Source: Hydrolagus colliei
Taxonomy: Eukaryota
DNA: 64,000 bases
NCBI GenBank assembly: GCA_035084275.1
Contig: CM068745.1
Coordinates: 44,578,001-44,642,000, forward strand
Reading direction: 5' to 3'
The translations under genes and the position numbers were made by a program. A model generated the notes under the pieces. That model ran no database searches. It was not told where the DNA came from and saw only the letters and a list, made by a program, of their open reading frames with translations. Positions 1-13,600 of this stretch are shown here, piece after piece. The first letter of the stretch is position 1; each line of letters starts with the position of its first letter.

Positions 1-217
1 CCTAGTTCTAGGTCTTGGGTCCATTTAAAAAATTGAGGAAAATTCTTAAATCCAGCCCTAATTTGGATGGGTCAGGCTGGCTGTGCTGTGATCCAGCAGT
101 GCCCTGTACTACTGCAGACCTGCCTGGCTCAGGAACTGGACTACCGAGACTGTCGTAAATGGCTGGCTTGATTCTAATAATTTGTTGTTAAACATGTCAC
201 TTTGATGTCAAGTGAAA

Positions 218-1045
218 TAATAATAAATAATAATAATAATCTTTGCATTTGATATAGCTTTTCACATCTTATTGATGTCGGCCTTCCAGCTCCTCCCTTC
301 ACAGGCTGCAGATCATTCAGAATTCTGCAGCTCGTGCACTCTCCCGCACCAGGCTTCGCGACCACATCTCTCCCACCCTCACCCGTCTCCACCGGCTCCT
401 CGTCACCCAGAGGATCGAATTCAAGATTCTTGTTGTCACTTTCAAGGCCATTAATGGCATTGCCCCTATCTATCTCTCTGACCTACTGTCTCCCTATCAG
501 CTTGCCCGTCCCCTCTGTTCAGCAGGCTCAGGCCTGCTCCGCGTCCCCCGCCCTAACCACCCAACCATCGGTGGCCCGGCTTTCAGCCACTTTGCTCCCA
601 CACTGTGGAACTCCATCCCACAGCCCCTCTGCCTTGCTTCCTCCCTTTCCTCCTTCAAGGCCGGTCTCAAGACCTTCCTCTTCGACCACGCCTTCAGCTG
701 CCCCACTAACTCTTCCTCTTCTCCCACTCTCCTTTCCCTTACCCCTACCCCTACCCCGACCCTCCGCAACCCCTCTCGGGTCCCGAACTGACTTTTCAGC
801 ATTTTGGGACGTCCTCCCGACGTGAAAGGCACTATATAAGTGCAATTTTGTTGTTGTTGTTGTTATTGTCTCAAAGTGCTTCACAGAATATACTGTAAAG
901 TAAATTGACTATATTTGTGGGTGAAATGCGGCAGCCAATTGCACACAGCAGTGTCCCACAAACAGTCATGAATTGAAATAAACAATTTTATTATTGTGTT
1001 TTTTTTGGTATAGATTATTATTAGCCATGTGGAGTAAGGAAACTA
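218..1045 (-). mobile_element. tRNA-derived Deu-core SINE (family A), headless, split by an L2 insertion
   Basis: Tail (taa)n-ctttgcatttgatatagc at 218-279. The SINE resumes at 867 with tgtctcaaagtgcttcacagaatatac...gcagccaattgcacacagcagtgtcccac and matches full copies at 8510 and 57339. Confidence 0.85.
280..866 (+). mobile_element. L2-clade LINE, 5'-truncated 3' fragment nested in a SINE
   Basis: Encodes decayed HRLQIIQNSAAR...RIEFKILV and ends in gggacgtcctcccgacgtgaaaggcactatataagtgcaatttt(gtt)n. tgtc is duplicated at 276-279 and 867-870. Confidence 0.9.
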
Positions 1046-1111
1046 CTGAAGTGAAGCTCAGCTAAGACGATATCTCTGTCTCTTTTGTGGACTCAGCACA
1101 ACCAGTAAGTA

Positions 1112-1288
1112 CAGTTTTTCATACAAATTGGTCGGGGGGTGTCGCCATGGGCACTTTTTTTTTAGCATTAAGAAAGCATTTTCAGCATCAATAAAAGCTA
1201 CCAAAAATGTTTTTGATGACCCTTCACGACCCCACTGCAGACCCCCACGACCCTGATTTGGGTCTGGACCCGAGGTTGGCAACCACTG
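1112..1288. mobile_element. hAT (Charlie-like) non-autonomous remnant
   Basis: The right end gacccgaggttggcaaccactg is followed by gtctagac, a typical hAT-Charlie target sequence. The left end is degenerate. Confidence 0.45.
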
Positions 1289-1440
1289 GTCTAGACAGTG
1301 AATGTGTGTGAAACTGAAGCAGCCCTATTGATGACTCAATGTGATCAGCTAATGGAGCACAGAGTGGAGATTGAATTTTCTGCTTTAGGTACAATACTAA
1401 TTGATTTTAGGTTTCCAAAACTAGGATAGATTGCCATGAA

Positions 1441-1561
1441 AATAATAATAAAAATCCTTGCATTTGATATAGCGCCTTATCACATGTTTGAAATGTCTCA
1501 AAGTGCTTCACAAAATATACTGTAAAGTGAATTGACTGTATGTTTTGTGTGCAAAATACAG
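1441..1561 (-). mobile_element. SINE family A 3' fragment
   Basis: atccttgcatttgatatagcgccttatcacatg...aagtgcttcacaaaatatactgtaaagtgaattgactg matches the tail of the full copies. Confidence 0.8.
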
Positions 1562-2346
1562 TATGTTGAACTGAAGAAGAAATCACTCATTCTCTTTGTG
1601 AACTGGTTAATGCTCCATCTCTTTCAGTTTTCCTGGTCAGTGAATAATTTGCTGGGAAACTGAAATCCCCTCTTTTCACCAAATTGCACATTTCTGTCGC
1701 CTCCCTACGTATCTGTCCAATTTAAGATGGAATTTGATGGTAACTGACAATAATTGCTCCCTTGCCCTTATCACTGATCTTCACATCCATCTTACTTTAC
1801 CATCTTCCTGCTTTTTTGACAGCTGCTACATATCAGCATTGCCCTTCCTCCCAAAAGTTTGAATAACTTTAACCTTCCAACAATTGTTTATCTCTATTTT
1901 TCCCCTATACAAAATTTGTAATTCGTTCTTCACCTTGAACTATTCCACAATCACCTCTTACTTATTCATCACCATGAGGAAATTCTACACAAAATAGTCC
2001 AATTTATTACACTAATATGTTCAATATGTGAACCATGAAAACAAGTAAGTAGTGAGGAATGCCAGTCAGTATGCATGACAATGGAGAATAGTTTTAAACA
2101 AACCTTTTGTAAACAGCAATTCAAATGTATTACGATAAGAGAGTCCTGCTTGTCTGATATGATTAAATCATGCAGCAATTGAGGTTTGTTCAGAAACTGT
2201 GGTTTGGTCTAATTTCTACCTCTGCGTACATCCCATATTAAACAATTTTCTGCATATAATTTTTTTTCCACCAGCCAGGTGTTTGACACATGTGGAAACC
2301 CATAAAACATGCTGAAGAGTATGCCAACCAAAATAAGAATTTCATG

Positions 2347-2591
2347 CAACAACAACAACAAAATTACATTTGTATAGCGCCTTTCACATCAGGAGGACAT
2401 CCCAAGGCGCTGGACTGTCATTGTATCAGACCCAAGCTGGGGTTGGGGACGTGGAGGGAAAGGAGAGGATTTGGGGAGACCAATGGGAGCATCGAAGAGG
2501 AGGGTCTTGAGGTGGGCCTTGAAGGAGGCCAGGGAGGGGGCGAGGTGGAGGGTATTGCGGGATGGAGCTCCAGAGATTGGGGGTAGAGTGC
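2347..2591 (-). mobile_element. L2 3' end fragment
   Basis: (aac)n-aaaattacatttgtatagcgcctttcacatcaggaggacatcccaaggcgctg followed by L2 3' UTR and ORF-end sequence. Confidence 0.85.
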
Positions 2592-2691
2592 ATAATTACA
2601 ATGAGCATGGTTGACGTATGTCTATGCTACATCATTTGAGTTTTCCACTCTTTGCAATCGTGTGATGGTTCCTTTGGTTTATTGTTAGGAG

Positions 2692-3963
2692 TAGGGTCCG
2701 TCGATATGGAAATTTTCTGATTTAGATATATCGATGGGCTCATATCGAGATATACCGAAATATGGATATTTTCGTACTGCGCATGCGCGCGCATTCGGAG
2801 TGCGTGCGCGTTCCAGGTGCACGCGCATTCGAGGCCTATCTCCTCAGGAGGTAAATATCTTTCTCTCTGTGTCTCTCACTCTCTCCATCTCTGTGTTTTT
2901 CTGTCTGTGTCTCTGTCTCTCTCACATCCCCCCCATCTCTATCTATCTATCTGTGTATTATCACATCCACCCATCTCTCCCCACACCCCACCCGCCGTCT
3001 CTCCCTCCCCCCCACAACCGTCTCTCTCCCCCCCCACCCCCCCAGCATCTCTCTCCCCTTCACCCCCCGACAGCTGTCTCTCCCTCCCCCACCCCCCAGC
3101 CGTCTCTCTCCCCTCCCCCCCAGCCATCTCTCTCCCCCTCCCCCCCAGCCGTCTCTCTCCCCTTCCCCCGCCCCCCCATCCGTCTCTCTCCCCCTCACCC
3201 CCCCCCCCCCAGCCGCCTCTCTCCCCCTCCCCGTCCCCCCCCCAGCCTTCTCTCTCCCCCTCCCCCCCCAGCCGTCTCTCTCCCCCTCCCCCGCCCCCCC
3301 CGATCCGTCACTCTCCCCCTCACCCCCCCCAGCCGTCTCTCTCCCCCTCAACACCCCGAGCCGTCTCTCCCCGCCCAACCCCCAGCCGTCTCTCTCCCCC
3401 TCCCCCCCCAGCCATCTCTCTCCCCCTCCCCCCCAGCCATCTCTCTCCCCCTCCCCCCCAGCCATCTCTCTCCCCCTCCCCCCCAGCCATCTCTCTCCCC
3501 CTCCCCAGACCCCCCCAGCCGTCTCTCTCCCCCTCACCACCCCCCCAGCCATCTCTCTCCCCCCCACCCCCCCCAGCCGTCTCTCTCCCCCTCACCACCC
3601 CCCAGCCGTCTCTCTCCCCCTCAGCCCCCCCCAGCCGTCTCTCTCCCCCCCTCACCCCCCCAGCCGTCTCTCTCCCCCTCACCCACCACCCCCCCCAGCC
3701 GTCTCTCTCCCCCCGCCCTACCCCTTGCATACCTGTATATTGTATTTGAGGACTATGAATACAATATGGCGGCTTTGCACCTCGGTCTGTGCATTGTGTA
3801 TAGAGATGAGTATTCTGGGTCTTGTAGTTCAGTGTGCGGCATTCCGATTTTTTACCTCTATCGATTTTTCGATATATCAATATTTTTAAAATGCCTATAT
3901 CGGCGTATCGATATGAAAATTATATCGGGTTTTAGCGATATATCGATATATCGCCGGACCCTA
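2692..3963. mobile_element. Non-autonomous hAT (Ac-type, TAGGG TIR) DNA transposon carrying an internal minisatellite
   Basis: 16-bp TIRs tagggtccgtcgatat / atatcgccggacccta (1 mismatch). 8-bp TSD gttaggag (2684-2691) / gttaggtg (3964-3971). Subterminal atcgat/cgatat repeats at both ends. Confidence 0.9.
2965..3720. repeat. C-rich minisatellite, unit ~23-30 bp (cccccagccRtctctctccccct)
   Basis: Directly visible tandem array. The minus strand is G-run rich. Confidence 0.95.
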
Positions 3964-5813
3964 GTTAGGTGTACAATATTTCATCATTGTCAATCTTTGT
4001 GAGTAAACAAAGGAGTGAATTTGGAGTGAAATTATTTGGAGTGAATGTACATCCAGTTTTCAAAGAAAAGTTGCTACTCTTTTTGCTGTAAGGTCTCACA
4101 GAAAATGTGTGGTATTTAAATCAAAAGTAGTTTGGTCTAAAAGCTGCTATGTTTCCAAATATTGCAAGATACCTTTCGCTCAGATGTAACATAGAATTCA
4201 GATTTAATGCATTGTATAATGGTATTTTCCATCATAAACCATTGCAATGGAGTCATGTTTGCTTTCCGTTTCTTCCTTTTCTTTAGTGCTCTGTGAAATT
4301 TCTTTAAGCAGATTTTCACCTAAATACATTGAGCTTCCTTAATTTCATACTTGATCTTCCAGTAAGGATGAGTTCAAGTAGTGAATTAAAATTCCCTTCA
4401 GGAATTTATAGATGTACTAAGATGGGATATGCCAATGGTAGTACCACATGGGCTTTCAAAGGAGTGGGTCAGTAATTAATTTTGAAACCAATAAAGAAAA
4501 ATTTACTCAAAATCTGATGTCACCATCATTCAAAAGTCTTCATATTCATATTCTGGTTATCTGAACTATGTGGTTCAATGAGTAAATGCATCACATGACA
4601 GCAATATAATGGAGCCATTATACTATAATAGGAACTTCAGATTTTCCAGGACATGGTGGTTGAAAGCAAGACTGCCATTGGAGCAGAGGGAATGGGGGAT
4701 ACGTAGATGGTACAAATTATAATACCTATTGTACATCTAATTGTTTCTGACAAAGTCTTGAATATCTGCAGAAATTTTCGAAAATGTCTCCAAATATATC
4801 AAACACGTGAGAGCGACATCAAAGGCAGGTAGATACAAGAACAATTACAATTTAGCTTTTCTTCTGCACAGATAGTTAAAATAAAATGTATTATGTTGCC
4901 TCAGATTGCATATCCTTCTGCAAATTCACCAACCGTGAACCAGAGAAAGATCTTAATGTCTTTCTGTGTCAAATAAAAGAAAGATATTTCTATTTACAGC
5001 AAAAAAAGTTAATCAAGCAGCATAGAATGTCATTTAACATTTTGAACAGAACGTACCCTTTTATCTTCTGGATCTTAATTACAATGTATTTTGAACAGTG
5101 GACTTGGTTCAATGGACTCATACCTAAATGCATCTTTGAGTTTCAGTCTGTCAAATCATTTACTTTTGATATCTTCATTGGTGACAGGCATCAAAGAATT
5201 CAGCAAAACATCTATCTCATTCAACCCCAAAGTTCCATCTTATTGCCAAAGGCAGTAGATTTGCTTGTATGAATTTTGAACTGTCTGGCACATTAAAGCA
5301 AAGCTGTAGAATTTGTTTCAATAAGGATAGTTGAGGTATTTAAATATTTGAATATTTCAGCTTTACAATATTCACTATAAATATAGCACACAGTTGTTCC
5401 ATTGGTACAACTGTACACATACAATATTTGAACATTGCCTTACAGTCAATCTTTGTTAGCAAGCGTTCACTTGGGGAGTAGATTTGCATTAAATTATAAA
5501 ATAAAGCTGTTTTTTCTGCGGAGTAAAGAGTGGTTGGAACTAATATTAGAAATACTAGTATCTTGGTTTTTAACCATGATAAGAGGCAGCATCCTATATG
5601 ATGAGTGAATGTTTATTTGCCAGGCATTGACCTGTAATTAAATGGTTTGCATTTTGCAGCTAAAGAAGTTGCACTTAGGAAATTGAAAATTTATATGGCA
5701 TGTTGTCTTGAAAACAACAGCAATTTACGTTTGGATAGTACCGCTCATTTTGAGAGAAATCTTCAAAGTGCTTGACACAACTGAATGGGAGACTAAGCTC
5801 AAGGATGAGGATG

Positions 5814-6051
5814 ACAACAACAACTTGCATTTATATAGCGCCCTCCATGCCAGGCGGTGTCTCATAGCGCTTCGCAATGGCAGAGCTTGAGGGTGAGCCT
5901 GGGGATGGGGAAGGTGACTGTAGACATGGTCGAAGAGGAAGGTCTTCAGGTGTGACCTGAAGATGGTGAAGGAGCAGGGGCGGGGGTGAGGTAAAAGGAG
6001 GGAGTCCAAAGTTTCGGTGCGTAGTGGCTGAAGGCCGGTTGTCGATGCTGG
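5814..6051 (-). mobile_element. L2 second family (tail ...gagacgccgtccggcgtggagggcgct type), 3' fragment
   Basis: (aac)n-ttgcatttatatagcgccctccatgccaggcggtgtctcatagcgctt, then the ORF-end motif HLKTFLF on the minus strand. Confidence 0.75.
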
Positions 6052-6564
6052 AGAAGTTAGAGAGTTAGGGATGTGCCAATTTAAAGGATTTAAGGGATTT
6101 AATGTATAGAGTCTTGAAGTCGAAGTTCCAAACATGTTCCTACAAGTATTATGTTGCAACCCCCTCAATGTCAACAATGTCAACAATTGGTCAGGTTTTA
6201 TTGCACTCAAATTCCCATTTGCCATCATTAGATGTGATTCGAAATTCACTGGTGATGAGTCTGCATTAAATTCCATATTTCACTCCCTGAAAGTTCTGTC
6301 TAATTTCTGACATTGACACAGAGACCCACGACACCTGATCTAAAACCTTTTCAAATTGACTTCTATTTGAATCATCTCATTTAGCCATGCTGGATGAACT
6401 GAATAGATTAACCAAAATTGTATTCCAGTCACTTTAAGAGGATATCTATGTTTTAAGTGCCATAAATAGGAATTTCTACACTCCATTGAGTTTCCCACAA
6501 TATTAGAGAAAGCTTTTTGGAAAAATATAACCCATTCATGAAGCATGTTTTACTCCTATTGGAA

Positions 6565-6820
6565 ATCACCATTGGCAGATGGGATTTCAGACTTTTTGCC
6601 CCCATTCTTTGTAACTCTATCCCGAGGTCCATCCTACTTGCTCCCTCCTTCATCTCGTTTATGGGTCCATCTCAAGACCTTCCTTTTTGGCTATGCTTTC
6701 GGTCCTCTTTCCCCTCCCCACCTCCTTCGACTCCCACCCCCATTTTCAGTGACCAGCCAGTTATGTTAACCTCTTTGGCACATGCTCCTGACATGAAGGG
6801 CATTATATAAATGTATATTT
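6565..6820 (+). mobile_element. Old L2 3' fragment
   Basis: caccattggc...catctcaagaccttcctttttgg (HLKTFLF)...cctgacatgaagggcattatataaatg. Confidence 0.65.
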
Positions 6821-8509
6821 GTAATAGATTATACGTCTCAGTTAACAAAAGGCATAAAAAATTCCTATCTTTTATTCAAAAGTTTATTACATTGCACCAA
6901 TTGTGTCCAATCATTTTCATACTTAGTGTTTCAAAGACGGTACTGCCTATATGAGGGAATGAATCTGTGATTGTGATGCAGATATTGCGCTCATTGATTT
7001 TGTACCTAGTCTCATTCTTTGCTGTTGTGTTTTGAAAATGGCTTTGCAATCAATGGTTTTACTGCTGAGAGGTTACTGACAGGATAATAACAATGACAGA
7101 TATGTGCAAAGTAGTGTCTATTGCTATTTGATAAACAAAAGATTAGTTGTGCTACATTATATTAATGTGCCTATACACAGCAACCTTGCAGCCAACTACG
7201 GAGACAACAATAAGAGGGTGCCACACAGATGGCTCCTTAAAGAAATTTATGCCGCATTTATTTCTTCTCATAAATGAATGCTTGACATATGCTGACATAC
7301 GCTAATACTTTTCTGTGATCCTTAGGCAATGTTCTGCATTGCCCCTGCCTTCTGCAATTCTTTTCAAGAGTATCTTTGTCTTTGTTGTTCCTTCCCTGGT
7401 TTTTAAACAACAACAAAAATATTTTCAACTGTGCTTTTGGTCACCATTTTTTATATTTCCTTTAAGTGCTCCAAGGTGCTATCCTGCTATATATATATAT
7501 GAAAATGAGAGGAGTTTAATAAGTTCCAATCTAAAGTTGCGAAGAGTTTAGGTATGGTGCCCTCCAGAAATGTACTACTGTTTTGCTAATTTTTTTCAGA
7601 CACCTTCATATTATTATTATTAATTATTATTTTAATTATTATTTTAATTATTATTATTTTCCATTTATTCCAATATAAGTGAATGTGATTAAACATTGAC
7701 ATAGACGCAAACATTTTTTCACTGCATGTCGACTCATTACTGGGACACATCAGATTCAGTATACGTTATAAAATATACATTTTTGAGAACACATACTTAC
7801 AATTCTCATACTCTACCCCTAATCCAATGGCAGGGATTCTGAATTCAATTCTGGCTTCATTTGTTTTTGTTGTAGATATTACATGGAAGTGCAGGGACTG
7901 GAAGAGTCTGACTATCCATGCAGACCAACTTGAAACATCAACAAATGAATTCCGTGTGCCACACAAAGAGACTGTCAGCTATACAGTTTGTAATTGTGAA
8001 CAAAAATGGCTTTCAAGGTCCACAACACATGTATGCCATGAACCCACATGTCTCAATTACAATAGAAATGACAGCTTCCAAACCAAGCCAGTTGAGCCCT
8101 ACATTGCAGGACCTTGAAATATAATACTCGACTAGAGCCTCAGCATCTAATTGTATAATTGATTGTCCCATCTCATGCCACTTTCCTCTACATATATATT
8201 GCTTAAATTACTCCTATTTTCAAATCAATTTAAAATCAATAAAGCACCAATTGTACTGAGGCATGTAGATTAGGATTTGCAGGTACCAAATGTGGATCCT
8301 TTTATGATTTAATATTTCCTGGCTCACTCATGTCTGCAACACTCATACACTTTTCAAATTGATACCGTTGTGAATTTATTTTACCATAAACCGTTGGGCC
8401 ACATGTCATCTTTTTGACTATTCTGAAATATCCTTGCATTTCAAAGATGAATTTTAAAATAGCTCACATGATGAAGTGTGATAATGTCACATAAATGCCT
8501 GAGTTTATC

Positions 8510-8828
8510 ATAATAATATAATCCTTGCATTTGATATTGCACTTTTCACATTGTATTGAGTCTCAAAGTGCTTCACAGAATATACTGTAAAGTGAATTGT
8601 CTGTATATTTTGGGGCAAAACATGGCAGCCGATTGCACACAGCAGTGTCCCACAAACAGTCGTGGATTGAAATGACCAAATTTATTATTGTGGTTTTTTT
8701 GGGAGGGATTATTATTAGGCATGTGGAGTAAGGAAACTTGCTCAAGGTTTCGCCCTGACCTGCCTGGATTCGAACACAAGTCTCACACTTGCAAGGCAAG
8801 TGCTCTAACCACTGAGCTACAGGAGCTC
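8510..8828 (-). mobile_element. Full-length tRNA-derived SINE family A (Pol III head, Deu-like core, L2-type tail)
   Basis: Minus strand: A box TAGCTCAGTGG, B box GTTCGAATCC, core gggacactgctgtgtgcaatcggctgcc, tail gaagcactttgagac...gtgaaaagtgcaatatcaaatgcaagg(att)n. Confidence 0.92.
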
Positions 8829-9489
8829 CAATCAAACACAGTATATATAATATAAAAGCACAGCATTCCATTTATTAGTGCAACAGTGCTAATAAACCCC
8901 CTAAACATTTTTTTAGGAACTCAATTAATAACACCAGCAAATGATTTGCTCCAGTGAAGGTACAAAAAATGCCCCATTTTGTTTTTACTCTGAGGTGGAA
9001 CAATTCTATTTTCTAAATGTTAAACCCTACCTGGGGCTTTATGTTATTTTTGTTGTTTAAGATTAGTTTCCCAAAATGTATTTGCCTTAGAAACCAACCA
9101 GTAAAAATAAGAGCACAATTTCTGGCCAAAAGGAAATGTCAAATATCATTCAGAATATAAGTGGAACCAACAGAAACCCCAAATAGGTCTCTTTGTGGAC
9201 TTCTGTTTGCTTCATCCCGGCAAGAGAACATACCAATTATAGCCTCACCCTCTCTAGTTCCTGTTGTAAAATAAGGAGTTACTATACATTTCAGTATTTC
9301 CTGTGAAGCACTTTGAGAGCGCCTTCTAACATAAAAGATACTACATCAAATTCAAAGATTATTTTATTATTAAATCAGAATGGTTTAGAAAAATTAAATC
9401 AGAAGGGTTTAGAAAAATTGTACCTCAATATGTTTCTTCATGTCATTTCTGATCAGGAACTGTTTATTCAGTGTCATTCTGATATAAGC

Positions 9490-10300
9490 AATAATTATAA
9501 TAATAAAAATTTGATATAGCACTTTCCACGTCTTCTAGGTGTCTCAAAGTGCTTCACAGAATATAACAACAACAAAATTACATTTCTAAAGCGCCTTTCA
9601 TGTCGGGAGGACGCCCCAAGGTGCTGAACAGTTGGGGATCAGAACCCGAGCATGGGGAAGCAGGGTAGGGATGAGGGAGGTCAGACAGGTAGGATGGCAG
9701 CTGAAGGCACGGTCGAAAAGGAGAGAGGGAGAAAGGCAAGGGGATTGTGGGATGAAGTTCCAAAGGATGTGGGCAGAGAGGCTGAAAGCTTGGCTGAAAG
9801 TAGTTGATGGTAAGGCGGGTCGGGCGGGAGACATGGAGCAGGTCGGAGTCTGCTGAATGGAGGGAGCAAACAGGTTGATAGGGGGTCAGCAGGTAGGAGA
9901 GATAGAAGGCCATCCACAGCAAGGCTGTGGATGGCCTTGAAAGTGAGATGAGGATTTGGGAATTCTATCCTCTGATAGGGAGCCAGTGAAGCCGGGTGAG
10001 AGTGGGAGTGATGGAATCACAGATCCTGGTGTGGAGGAGGATATGAGCCGCAGAGCTCTGGATGAGCCGCAGAGCTCTGGATTATCTGCAACTTGTAGAG
10101 GGAAGAATTGTGGAGGTTAACATAGAGGGAGTTTCCGTAATCAAGCTTTGAGATGACAAATGCATGTATGAGAGTTTTGGCAGTCGGAGAGGTGAGGCAG
10201 TGGCGAAGTCGGGCAATGTTGTGGAGGTTGTATAATGAGGAGTGGATCACGCCTGGGATTTAGGGGGGAAAGGACAGATGGCCAGGTTCTTAAATGGTTT
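9490..10300 (-). mobile_element. SINE tail (9490-9565) abutting an L2 3' fragment (9566-10300)
   Basis: The SINE tail stops at cagaatata and is followed by (aac)n and the L2 tail. Decayed L2 ORF LHNIARLRHCLT...LIHAFVISKLDYGNSL at 10017-10250. Confidence 0.85.
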
Positions 10301-10619
10301 GATGAGATGGAGTAAAATTCAATTGAATTATAAATATGCACACATTTTATGCCAGGTGTTTATTTTGCTTCTTGGCTTAGTAAGCTTCATTAAGTAGCAG
10401 AATATGCTGTCTACAATAGGAGTATGGTACCAAACAGCCTAAGTCAGAATCATTTGTATGAACTGAACTTATGCATACAAACCATAAGCACAAATAACAG
10501 ATCTGACCAGATGCTATGGAACTCAATGATGCTTACACAGTTCAAATGTTTTGGCAAATTCATCATATTAAACAATGAACAGAGCATAACCCTTGTTATG
10601 AATTATTTACAAAGTTTCA

Positions 10620-13600
10620 TACATGTCTGAAATCATTCAATTTTATTTTCAACCAGGGCACAAGAGTAGAAGAGTTAAAATGAAACAATATAGAAGTTTG
10701 AAGGATTTTAACAGGATGGCATCGCTTTTAAACAATGTGTAAACCAGATGCTTTTATTTACATAATAGTTGTAAATCTCTGTCAAACTACAATTTTTTTT
10801 TACAGGTTACAACCAACAATCTAAAATAGCAAGGGAACAAAAGAGGTGAACTGCTGGATTTCATTCATTCATTTCAACAGACTAGTTTCATTACATTTTT
10901 AATTCAATAGTTTAAAGCACAGTGTGTTGCAAGTCAACTTGTTGGTTGTTATGATAGTCTTTCTGTCTGTAAGGACCACTTCAGGAAACATTGTCACCAT
11001 CTTATATAAAAAACTGTAAACTCTCAAATGTTAGAGCGCCTTCATTCTACAACTATGTAAAAAAAAACTGCCAGTGTTTCTAAAGCATGTCTGTTTCTGA
11101 ACAGGTAAAGAGAATATTCAGCAAAATTGACATATTCTTAAACTATCAGATATAGTCAGGCCTTTAAGCTCGTGAATGTTCTATGATCATCAAAGCAAAT
11201 CAATTGCAAATCTCTTATCAATGTCCATCAATGATGGCCTAAATCTATTTAATACTGTCAACTGTATACAATATTGCCTTTTCTTACTTAAGTTTGGAGA
11301 ATACAAATATTTGCATCTTTAGCTATATAAAATCAACTCCCAATTCAAATTTACAACCTCTTCCTTTTAAGCACTATTTTTCGCAGAGATCAGGCTCATT
11401 TCACACAGAGTAATTCATACTATGCATGGAAAGGTCTACTCAAGGTCTCTTACAAAATATACAAAGAAAGTAAAACAACTAATAAAAAGAGGGCATTTTT
11501 TATTCGATGAATGGTAAGACACAAAACATATAAGTAATAAATGCATGTTCTCTAGCATTTCATAATTAGCCACTGAGTATTCAATGTATTATAAACATTT
11601 GAAATGGAATGTTTCAAGAATGACTTTTCAGTATAATTTAGTGAATCCTGTTCTATGTATGTGGATGATTTTCTTCTCCACACATTCATGCAAGGCCACC
11701 TTGATCTGGCAGATTGTTTTGAACACTGTCTAATCTCCTATGTCTCAATTTAGGATGAAACAGTTTGGTCTCATGAAGCTACAACAATCAAAGTTTAGTT
11801 AGTCAGGAAATGTTTATCCCATGCTTCCTAAATATGCAATTATTAATAAAATGTCAGTTCTGGGTGTGGTATTGAAGAGCAAAAGTTGTATATGCAGATA
11901 TTGGTTTTATAGATGAGATTTGCAGCATTTGGGTTTCAGAGTAAAACTATGTTCTGAATTTCCATTAATATTTATATTTTTAAAGAATTTGACAGGCACA
12001 TAACTAAATATTAAATAGATGCTTTACTAAATATCAAGTAAATTAATTAATAGCTGGGGCTCATATTGAATCATATCCATTGGAACTTAGTTGTTTAATG
12101 TTATAGCTACTGTTGTAGCCAGTGCACTAACAATCAAGATGACTTGATGTAGTTACATTAGAGCCAGGTTTATATTGGGGCTGTGTGATGTACCTGGGAT
12201 TTTCTGGAGTAGATGCACTTTATGTCCTGTAGTGCTTTAACAATGAGAGCTTCAACATTTGCATTCCTATTTTCATGATAAATGATTTTTCTACATTAAC
12301 TTGCATTTAGTGTGCCTTTCACACAAGATAGCATCTCTAAGTGCATTGTCAATGGCATGGTTCAGAGTACACTTGTAATGTCGGAATTTGGCAATTTAGA
12401 ATATCCCTCTGGATATTATTGAACCCTCTGTTCTTGATGGCAATATTTACCTTGTTAGTTGTGTGGGTGAGAATGTTCTTATGAAGCATCAGGATAATAT
12501 CTATTGGAATGAATTAGTTATAAAAACAACAGTTCTACTACAATTGTTCCCTCTTTTTACATAACTTATATATGTATATATTCAATCAACATTTACAACT
12601 AGTAGTCTGGAGTACAGAAAACACTGACAAATTTAAGTGCCATGACAAATATCTTTTATATATCACACCTTATATAAACTTAAAAATGTTTGATACTTGA
12701 GATTGTGCTTTAAAACATCAAAACAAACTCACTATCAATAATATCTGAATTTTCATTCAACAGATTTCACACTACCTTCACTGTTTAAATATCACCACAT
12801 CACAGCATTTTCAATTTAGACTTTCTTATTGCACATTCACGGAACAATATTGTGATCATCTTTTACCATTGGATCAGCAACACCAACACGTTTCTGTTCA
12901 ATATATTCAGTTTTCTCATAAGTGACAGTGATGTTTTAACTGATCAAATGGATATGTTTTTGAATGATTTATTTCCATCAAATGCAAGATTATTCATCCT
13001 TCACATACAATACCTAGTAAATGGGCAGCAAGTTATTTTCAGACATGGTGCTCTGTGTGATGCTTTAAAACATATGGAAATAGAGGTGAGTTAATATTAG
13101 AATGTTGGTTCTCCAAATGAAATGGTGATAGATTTGTGTGCCAATGCCAATTAAATTAATTATAGAAAAATAGGCTGATGATTTTCTATTGGGTACAGTC
13201 AAAGAGATTTGCACTCAGGGATAGAATTATAGAATGTTACAGCACCACAGATCATTTGATCTATTGTGCCCATTTAATCCCATTTCTCTTCCCTTTTCTC
13301 TCAACCTCTCCCTTTGATTTGTTCAGTTAATGGTCTAAATTCATACCTTCTAGTTACTGAACCCACTGACCAGTAGAATATTTTTTCCCCCATTTCCCAT
13401 CAAAATCCCTCAGAATTTTGTACAAGCCTGTTATGTCTCCTTTAAACTTTCTAGTGAAAACAACTTGTTTCTTGAGTCTTTTCATGTAAATAAGTAAAGA
13501 CTTTCAGCCAGAATATCAGCTTCCTAAATATTATCTGTACCCTTTCCATGGCCTTGAGAACCTCTTAAATGGAACTCCACAAATTGGAAATAATAATAAT

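Noticed and set aside
2734-4002. 422-aa proline-rich, extensin-like ORF and the overlapping Gly/Arg-rich ORFs
   Set aside because: They result from a stop-free C-rich minisatellite inside a hAT element. Nearly all frames are open and no domain is recognisable.
9369-9419. 24-bp tandem duplication (similar small duplications at 10043-10080 and 18828-18873)
   Set aside because: Ordinary slippage-type micro-duplications with no further structure.
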